This document shows, one piece after another, positions 37,851 through 47,966 of a stretch of 47,966 bases of DNA. Source of the stretch: Octopus sinensis. Its lineage: Eukaryota. Within the stretch, counting starts at the first letter, position 1. Each line of letters starts with the position of its first letter. The notes below the pieces were generated by a model, which was not told where the DNA came from, did not search any database, and saw only the letters and a program-made list of their open reading frames with translations. Position numbers and translations under genes: made by a program. The DNA lies in NCBI RefSeq assembly GCF_006345805.1, contig NW_021834459.1, forward strand, positions 1-47,966, in the 5' to 3' direction.

Positions 37851-39159
37851 ACTGTAAAATAAGAACAAGGTAAAAAATTCAGCCCGACATAATATCGCTT
37901 CTGCCAGCATACCGTATGAAAATATGCTAAATTTTGCCAGACAGAAAGATATCTACTAGTCATAAACACACTCAGAGACTTGCAGGCAGGCGGTTCACTT
38001 ACTCATATTTCATGAAATCCAGGCGAACTTATCTGATAATAATGAAACAAAAGAACTACCTCAGAAAACAAGGCAACGAAAGTATGCCGTTGAAGATTTT
38101 ACTGCACAACCAAAATATTTAACTAACTACTCATCAATCCTCTCCTTCCTTTTATTTTGATTCGGTCTCCCTTCGCTAGAATATTCTGCCTTGTTACTCC
38201 ATCATAACACCACAATTAATTCTCGCTCCGAACATTCACCTCTTCCGTGTCCAGAAATGATGATTTTATTTTTCTTATTCCTATTGAAACCGTTTTGGTC
38301 TATTACTGCTGTTGATTCAGAGTAGCTGTTATTGATGTTGTTTTAGTGTTGTGATAATTGCTGCTGCTGTTGTTGTTGTTGTTAAGCAATAAGACGGGTA
38401 AGGGTGATTAGGTGATGGTCTAGGGCTTATGGGCAGGAGACCCCAGACCTTGGGAAATAAAACTTTGGTCGTCTTGTTGTAGGCGAGGGCTCTTCGTTGA
38501 CGCCCAACACCACTGGAAGGTGGCCCTCGAGGTCGCTGGAAATGGAGATCTCCAGGTTCAAGCTCTTGAACGGCTGCTGCTGCTGCTGCTGCTGCTGTAG
38601 TTATCACTGTTGATGTTGCTATTGCTGCTGTCTTCTTCTTCTTCTTCTTCTTCTTCTTCTTCTTCGTCTCCTTCTTCTCCTTCTTCTTCTTCTTCTTCTT
38701 CTTCTTCTCTTTCTTCTGCTTCTTCTTCTTCTTCTTCTTCTTCTTCTTCTTCTTCTCCTCCTCCTCCTCCTCCTTCTTCTTCTTCTTCTTCTTCTTCTTC
38801 TTCTCCTCCTCCTTCTTCTTTTTCCAATCACGCCATAAGCCACAAAGAATAGTCTCTAATTCGAACATACTCTAAGCTACTAAGAATGCGTGTGACAACC
38901 TGAAGATCCACTCACCACACGCGATAGACTGGTGGTTGCACGGGCGCGAAAGCTACGTTGTTATCCTCATTCAGTAGCTTTAATCGGGTGGAGAGCTGAA
39001 CCATCCTGGGGGTACATAGGATTCGCAATCTAGACTAGGGTCTGTAAGTTTACCACACCATAGTGGGTTACACTATGGTTCCTCTGTTTTATAGCAGAAG
39101 CAGCAAGAAAGAGGGAGAGAAAGTTGTAGTGAAAGAGTACAGCGGATTGTGTATGTGTG

Positions 39160-39600
39160 TTGGCAACAAACGATCTCTGAGTGAAAGGCAGATTATATGA
39201 AACTTGTGTACATACAGCAATGTTACATGGTAATGAGGTGTGGGTCCTGAATGCAGAAGACATGGTAAGACCAAAGAGGTAAGAAGCTAGAATGCTCTGA
39301 TGGGTGTGCAGAATCGGTGTGCGTATACAACAAGGGGCTGTGCTAAGATAAAAGCTAGGCATAAGAGGAGTCAGATGTAGTGTGGAAAAGAGATTATTCT
39401 GGTTTGGTTGTATGATGTGTAGGTGTGAGAATAGTTGCAAAAAAGTGCTGTTTGCTGAAAGTGGATGCAGTTTTTGGAAGATGGAAATCCCAAAAGACAT
39501 GGGGTGAAGTATAAAAAAGCTGATTTCAAGATACTGAGCCTTACGGAGGAGATGACAAACCATCAATATGATTGGTTTTACTATTCTCAAGAAGATATGT
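39160..39600 (+). mobile_element. Decayed RTE-clade LINE 3' fragment
   Basis: Degraded translation SL..KGRLYETCVHTAMLHGNEVWVLNAEDM...KLGIRGVRC...LFWFG resembles the RTE post-RT region (LYxxCVxxAMLHGSETW...RLRWFGH); several stops. Confidence 0.75.
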
Positions 39601-40330
39601 TTATTACAGCAAAATATGACATCCTAAAAGTACTTGGTAAATGCTTGTACATCTAGACCTCTGCTTCTACCTTCTCTCTCCTCTCTCTCTCTCTCTCTCT
39701 CTGATAATTCAAGCATTTCCCTCTTTCTCAATTCTCATCATTTAACACCTGTTATTCCCACATCTATGATACTACTCAGCTGCCTTGATCACCTGAAGGC
39801 AGAATCAGCCCATATTGCACTCATTCCCTTCTCATGACCTCCCTACCCCTATGGAACTACTTCCATTCCTCATTATCATCCCTGTCCACAGTATTTCTAC
39901 CAATCACCTTCTTATAGTATCCCCTTATGTACCTCAATATCTCCTTCTCCACTACTTCTACACCTTGTACATCGTGCTACTACTCACTGACCTATTCTCC
40001 TTCCTGAGCCACTCATATATCGCTCATCTTCCTGAGTTCTAATCCTACCAGGTTCAGCTTCGACTTTGCCTTCCGTGGCCGATGCAATAAATTATCTGTC
40101 TAGTACTGAAGTCTGTGTAATCGACCAAATCTCTCTCGTCAAAATTGCTGGCCCTGCGTCTAAATTAGAAACAGTTATAAGTGTTACTGTTGTTCTTCTT
40201 GCCGTTACTACTACTACTACTACTACTACAACTACTACTACTACTACTGCTACTACTGCTGCTGCTGCTGCTGCTACTACTACTAATACTACTACTACTA
40301 CTACTATTACTACTACTGCCGCTGCTGCTG

Positions 40331-40367
<37 letters not shown>

Positions 40368-41758
40368 CTCTACTGCTGCTACTGCTGATGTCGTTTCTGC
40401 TGCTGCTGCTGCTGCTGCTGGTGATGATGCCGTATTGATTGTCCAGAGAACAGAGCAAGTGAAGCGAAGTTGTATTCGTATTTATTTTAACCGACATTTC
40501 ACCGCCTCTTGCCTTTACGTGGAAAAATTCTCTTTGTTATTTTATCATTAAATTTCACTTTGCATTCTTCTCCTGGCTGTTTTCATTGGCTCTTCTAACC
40601 CCCCGCACCCCACTCCACCATTCCATCCCATACCCTTACTTTTTCTATCATCTTTCCATCATCCCTGCTCATCTAGTTTTCATCTTTTTTTTGCTCCTTT
40701 TATATCTCCAATCCTCTCTTTGCTTTCACCCTCTCCACCTCACTTTCTTTCCTCCATCTGCTTCACGATTTTCGTTTCTCTTTCCCCTATTTTTTACTTA
40801 TTTTCAGTATCATTCCTCCTTCCTACATCTGCTTTTCCTTTTGTCTCATCTCCTTCCTTATACTTCCTTTCATTTCTTCCCTCACCTCTTTTTCATGTCT
40901 TACCTCATCCTTCACCCTTCACAATCTATCTCAACGTATTTCCGTGTTACATCATAACCATCAAAATTCCTTTCAGAATTCATTCATTCACTCATTCATT
41001 CGTTCATTCTGTAATTCTTTTATTCACTCGACATCCCTTTATAATCTTGTTCGTGCTTTCTTACTTTCGTCTTAAATTTAGTTTTTCTTTTTTTCCATTT
41101 ATGTTTTTGGATGTTTTCTTCATGATTTTATCTTATATATACTTCACCATTCTCACATTAACAACTGCTTCCAACCATTATGCTACGATTATAACCCTAC
41201 AATACAATTACCATACCACCAATTCTACCACTATCATTATCGTCCCACCATCGCATAAAGGCCTGGGTTCGATTTTCGGTTCGCGAGTCACGTTCTGTTC
41301 TTTGGCAAATCACTTTGCTTTACGTTGCTTAGTACACACAGTTGACAAAAATAAGTATTGATACTCATACAGAGCTTGGTCAGCGTCAAATAATCTTAGT
41401 AACATTAATGAATAAGTGCAATGGTCCAAAATATTTGAACCTGAAGAGGGATGCTCGGGCGGTGAGCTGCGGTATCCCGTTTATTTCCATTTAACTGGGG
41501 TTAATGGTCATTGAATATTAAACCCCGTTGATAACATCATCATTACCGCCGCATCGTCTTGCATTGTATAAAATGAAAATGAAAAGCTCTGCAGAAGCTA
41601 CGATGTAACGAGATGATATCTATGTGGTCAACTGAACTGCTAAAAATAGTAGCTTAGTTAAAATTCCCTCAATTGTGCATGCTATCATTATAATAAACAG
41701 TGAATACTAGGAAAATTTATTATTGGGAAACTGAAAAAAGAAAACAAAAAGACACTGA

Positions 41759-41924
41759 GGTTACTTTTGAAGGGTGCTACGTTAGAAACTGACCTAGGAC
41801 TGAAAATAACATAACATTTTGGAAATTAACATCTAGAATCATAGACAGGAATCGTATTTCTAATACTGCTAAGAAATTAATACAAACCATTAATGGTGAA
41901 ATAGGAAAACCGTAATATTACACA

Positions 41925-41999
<75 letters not shown>

Positions 42000-42343
42000 A
42001 GGCTTCTTCCGTCTACCAAATCCACCCACAATGCTTTGCTTGGGCCAAGGCTATAGTAGAAGACACTTGCTCAAGGTGCCACGCAGCGGGACTGAACCCG
42101 GAACCATGTTGTTGGGAAGCAAGCTTCTTACTATACAACCGCTCCTGCGCCTATATATATATATATATTATTTAAAAGCAGCAGAAAATTCAACAAAACC
42201 TGTTACTCTGAGTTTCACATTCTCGAACTCAGAGTAACAGGTTTTGTTGAATTTTCTGGTGCTTTTAAATAAAGCATATTACTCTACACCTGGTATTTGA
42301 GTACTGTTTTTACCACCTTGTTTTACATTCATGTGTTTACTCC

Positions 42344-42410
<67 letters not shown>

Positions 42411-42595
42411 TGTGTGTGTATGTGTGTGATGTGTAACATTAAAGTTTTCCTATTTCACTATTAATGGTTTGTATTAATTTCTTAGCAGTAGTAGAAATAC
42501 GATTCCTGTCTATGATTCTAGATGTTAATTTCCAAAATGTTATGTTATTTTCAGTCCTAGGTCATTTTCTAACGTAGCACCCTTCAAAAGTAACC
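41759..42595. repeat. About 172-bp inverted repeat pair (41759-41930 / 42424-42595) enclosing an inverted SINE head and a hairpin element
   Basis: The arms differ at about six positions by eye. A SINE family 2 head lies on the minus strand at 41997-42151 and its 3' module on the plus strand at 42596-42790. Confidence 0.85.
42169..42345 (+). mobile_element. Probable Penelope-like pseudo-LTR remnant with an inverted 5' duplication (46-bp arm hairpin)
   Basis: Arms at 42169-42214 and 42226-42271 with one mismatch and an 11-nt loop; contains a hammerhead 3' half, GAA(A)C-tcaga-GTA-acagg, then AATAAA, and ends at (TA)n. Confidence 0.55.
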
Positions 42596-42847
42596 GTCTG
42601 TGTTTGTCCCCGCCCCATTGCTTGACAACTGATGTTGGTCTGTTTACGTCCTCGTAATTTAGCGGTTCAACAAAGGAGACCGATAGAATAAGTACTAGGC
42701 TTACAAAGAATAAGTCCTAGCGTCGATTTGTTCGACTTAAGGCGGTGCTCCAGCATGGTCGAAGTCAAATGACTGAAGCAAATAAAAGAATATATATGTA
42801 TATATACATATCGGCTATCTGTCTTTATCTATATTTGTCAATCTCTC

Positions 42848-42885
<38 letters not shown>

Positions 42886-44315
42886 CCGTATGTATGTATA
42901 TGTATGTATGCACACACACACATACTAAAACAAACATATCAACAATGTAGATGTGCGCGTGTACCCGTGTGTGCGTGTACGGGAGTGTGCGTGTACACGT
43001 GTGGGTATGTATGTGTGTGTATGCACGTGCATGCTGGGAGTCAGATATTGGCCTCTTCATGATGCTCGTTTTCTCTATAAATCAATGGTACCGCTACTGA
43101 ATTTCCTTCATTGATCTCTACCAACAAAATCAACATGCTTTTGATTAAAAGACAGAAGTAGCATGCCTCCACACATAAGAACACTCATTCACATGTAGCC
43201 ATCCACGCATGTATAAATATACATACATGAATACATACATACATATATACATATATACATGAATATATACATACATACAAACATACATACAAACATACAT
43301 ATATACATACATACATACATACATACGTGCATACATACATATTACATATATACATGCATACATACATACAAACATACATGAATACATACACACATACATG
43401 CATACATACATACATATATACATACATACATACATAGATACATACATACATGCATGCTTACATACATACATACATACATGCATGCATGCATGCATACAAA
43501 CATACATACATAATACATAAATATGCATGCATAATGCATACATACATGCATTCATACATACATGTATATACACATACATACATGCATACAAACATACATA
43601 CATACATATATGCAAACATACATACATACATACATACATGCATACATACATACATACGCGCACGTGTGTATATTTATGAACAGCAAATATCACACATATT
43701 GCATATAGCAAAACATAGTTGATATTCATAATGGTTTCCCTCTTTCCTCTTGTTAAATTATAAATCCTTTGCCATCTTCTCATTCTACCTCACTATTCTG
43801 AATATTTCTTCATTATTTTATTTCCATTTAATTCCTGATTGCATTATGTCATCACTCTTCATCGCATTCCTTGTTAGAGCTTATAATTGGCAAATGGAAT
43901 CGGCAGTATGAGAAATGTTGGCAGTGAAAGGTCCTGGTATTTGGTCAAAGTCCAGAGGAGACAGATAATGGAAGAGGCATATGGCAACTGATATTTATTA
44001 GAGTGGAGCAGTTAACGAAAATATGAACCTCTAAAGAGATATGTAATAGCAATTGAATGCTTGTTGAAAGCGCGGGAAATTGTCTCTCCAATAACAAAGA
44101 TGGCGGTTAAAGATAAGAGTGGTGGTTTGTTTCCTCAGGTTGGAAGATAAAAGGGCAAGAAGAGGATGCTGAAGAGGAGGACGCTTATAATTGCTAAAAG
44201 GAAATGCAGAGGTATTAAAGACGGAGGTAGGAGAGGCGAGCTTTCATTTCTATTCTTTTATGTATATATATATCAATACCGCAAATAGTGGTCGGAATGT
44301 ATGGAGAAGAAAGTT

Positions 44316-44513
44316 AGCAGAGAAATAGAAAGAGATAGAGAGAGAAGGAGAGCCTAGCAGATAAATAGAAAGAGATAGAGAGAGAAGGAGAGCCTAGCAG
44401 ATAAACAGAAAGAGAAGAGAGAGAAGGAGAGACTAGCAGATAAATAGAAAGAGATAGAGAGAGAAGGAATGCCTAGCAGATAAATAGAAAGAGATAGAGG
44501 GGCAGAGCCTGGC

Positions 44514-44517
<4 letters not shown>
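44316..44517. repeat. 40-bp purine-rich minisatellite, about 5 copies
   Basis: agcagataaatagaaagagatagagagagaaggagagcct starts at 44316, 44356, 44396, 44435 and 44475. Confidence 0.9.
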
Positions 44518-44591
<74 letters not shown>

Positions 44592-44596
44592 TATAT

Positions 44597-44627
<31 letters not shown>

Positions 44628-45064
44628 TAGAGACATTATGAGGAAGAAAAGAGGAAAGAGAGTCATTGAGAAGAAGAGTTTCATTGATTGATAAACATAA
44701 AGGGCGGTATAGGGAGGAAAGTAAATTACGATTAAAGAAAGTTATTGCAAAGAAGAAGGGCGAATGAATAGCAAATATCGAGAGATGTAAACGAAGATAG
44801 GTAAATTCAAGTTGAAGATAAAAGCTTGAGAATGTAGAGGAGGAAAATGAAGAAAATAAAGGCAGGGGAAAAAGACGGGGGTGGTGGATGTGGGGGGTGG
44901 GGATGGAATATGTGTTGTTGAACGACGTGGCTGACGGTGGGTGGGTGACGGTGGGTGACGGTGGGTGGTGGTTATTGAAGTACTGGAATGAAGTAGGTGG
45001 AAGGATAGGAACAACTTGAAGCGAGTAGAAACAAAAGTGGACAAGAACAATGGCGGTTATGACA

Positions 45065-46700
<1,636 letters not shown>

Positions 46701-47080
46701 GATGATGATAGTGAATGAGGGTTGGTAATAATGAAGACGATGCTAAGAGATTGGTGTTTATCAGGAGCATCAGAAATACAGAAACATTCAAGCAAGCAAA
46801 AAAACTCATAATATAACTAGCAAAAAATGTTAGACACATACGCATGCGCACTCGAACATATACACACTTTCACGTGCGTGCGCACCATATACGTACAAAT
46901 TTACTTATACGCACTCAAAAACACAAGCACGCATATACACGCATACATATATCGGTTGCATTCGCGGTTAATCCGGCTAAACTGGAACGCTATTTGGTAG
47001 GGATCCTATCTAGCAGAAATGTTGGGAGGGTTCTTAGCTGATACCTTGTTTTGTCAATCCGGAAGGGATGTAAATCAAAG

Positions 47081-47206
47081 TTTATCTCGGCGAGACTTGG
47101 CTGACTTCGGCGTGACTTGGTTGATCTCGGTGTGATTGTGTTTATCTCAACGTGATTTGGTTGAACGCGATGGACTTTGGTTGACCTTAACGAGATTTAG
47201 TTAACC
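47081..47206. repeat. 20-bp minisatellite (about 6 diverged units) inside a decayed SINE family 1
   Basis: Units such as ttgatctcggcgtgacttgg; the flanks match the minus-strand SINE body and head. Confidence 0.7.
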
Positions 47207-47326
47207 ACGAAGGGTGAAAGGGGTGCGAACTCAGACGCTTACAGATGCGGCACAAAAACAGCAAAGTATTTTCTCTGACTCTCTACGGATTCTACCAATC
47301 CACCGCCCTATCATCAAAAGATTATA

Positions 47327-47922
47327 TATTTCTTTACTACCCACAAGGGGCTAAGCACAGAGGGGACAAACAAGGACAGACAAACGGATTAAGTCTACAT
47401 CGACCCCAGTGCGTAACTAGTACTTAATTTATCGACCCCGAAAGGATGAAAGGCAAAGTCGACCTCGGCGGAATTTGAACTCAGAACGTAACAACAGACG
47501 AAATACCTATTTCTTTACTACCCACAAGGGGCTAAACATAGAGAGGACAAACAAGGACAGACAAGGGGATTAACTCGATTATATCGACCCCAGTGCGTAA
47601 CTGGTACTTAAACTATCGACCCCGAGAGGATGAAAGGTAAAATCGACCTCGGCGGAATTTGAACTCAGAACGTAACAGCAGACAAAATACATATTTCTTT
47701 ATTAACCAGAAGGGGCTAAACACTGAGGGGACAAACAAGGACAGACAAACGGATTAAGTCGATTACATCGACCCCAGTGCGTAACTAGTGCTTAATTCAT
47801 CGACCCCGAAAGGATGAAAGGCAAAGTCGACCTCGGCGGAATTTGAACTCAGAACGTAAAGACAGACGAAATACGGCTACGCATTTCGCCCGGCGTGCTA
47901 ACGCTTCTGCCAGCTCGCCGCC
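47327..47922 (-). mobile_element. SINE family 1 trimer (one head + three bodies of about 181-184 bp)
   Basis: Unit 3' ends lie at 47327, 47508 and 47692; the single ggcggcgagctggcagaagcgttagc head starts at 47922. Confidence 0.9.
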
Positions 47923-47966
47923 TTAACAACAACAGTAACGACAAAAATAACAACGACTCGATGATG

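Noticed and set aside
185-44180. Other CTGANGA occurrences (for example about 185, 1838, 3412, 18575, 24436, 36239, 41441, 44134)
   Set aside because: None is followed by a pairable stem II and GAAA, so they are not hammerheads.
47327-47922. CRISPR-like or tRNA gene array interpretation of the tandem units and tRNA-like heads
   Set aside because: The units are whole SINE bodies without unique spacers, the context is eukaryotic, and the heads have A/B boxes but no complete cloverleaf.

Overview
This is AT-rich, very microsatellite-dense eukaryotic DNA. It is most likely octopus or another cephalopod, inferred from the SINE families and repeat density and not confirmed by any search. It looks intronic or intergenic: I recognise no host protein-coding gene, and nearly all ORF-track entries are translations of simple repeats. 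The only real coding DNA belongs to retroelements. The main block is a head-to-tail array (11120-17764, minus strand) of three different R4/Dong-clade non-LTR retrotransposons (RT + CCHC + PD-(D/E)xK endonuclease), each separated by (TAA)n. A second co-oriented (TAA)n cluster lies at 2585-4016. Several short elements carry minimal type-I hammerhead ribozyme motifs and abut (TA)n, consistent with Penelope-like pseudo-LTR remnants; two of them form near-perfect long palindromes. The window also holds many tRNA-derived SINEs of at least three families (including head+body+body multimers), mariner and pogo-type MITEs, an RTE fragment, a HINE/DINE-1-like fragment and a short interstitial TTAGGG tract. 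The most interesting overall pattern is microsatellite-partitioned retroelements: Dong in (TAA)n and hammerhead elements at (TA)n, with SINEs apparently supplying both target repeats.
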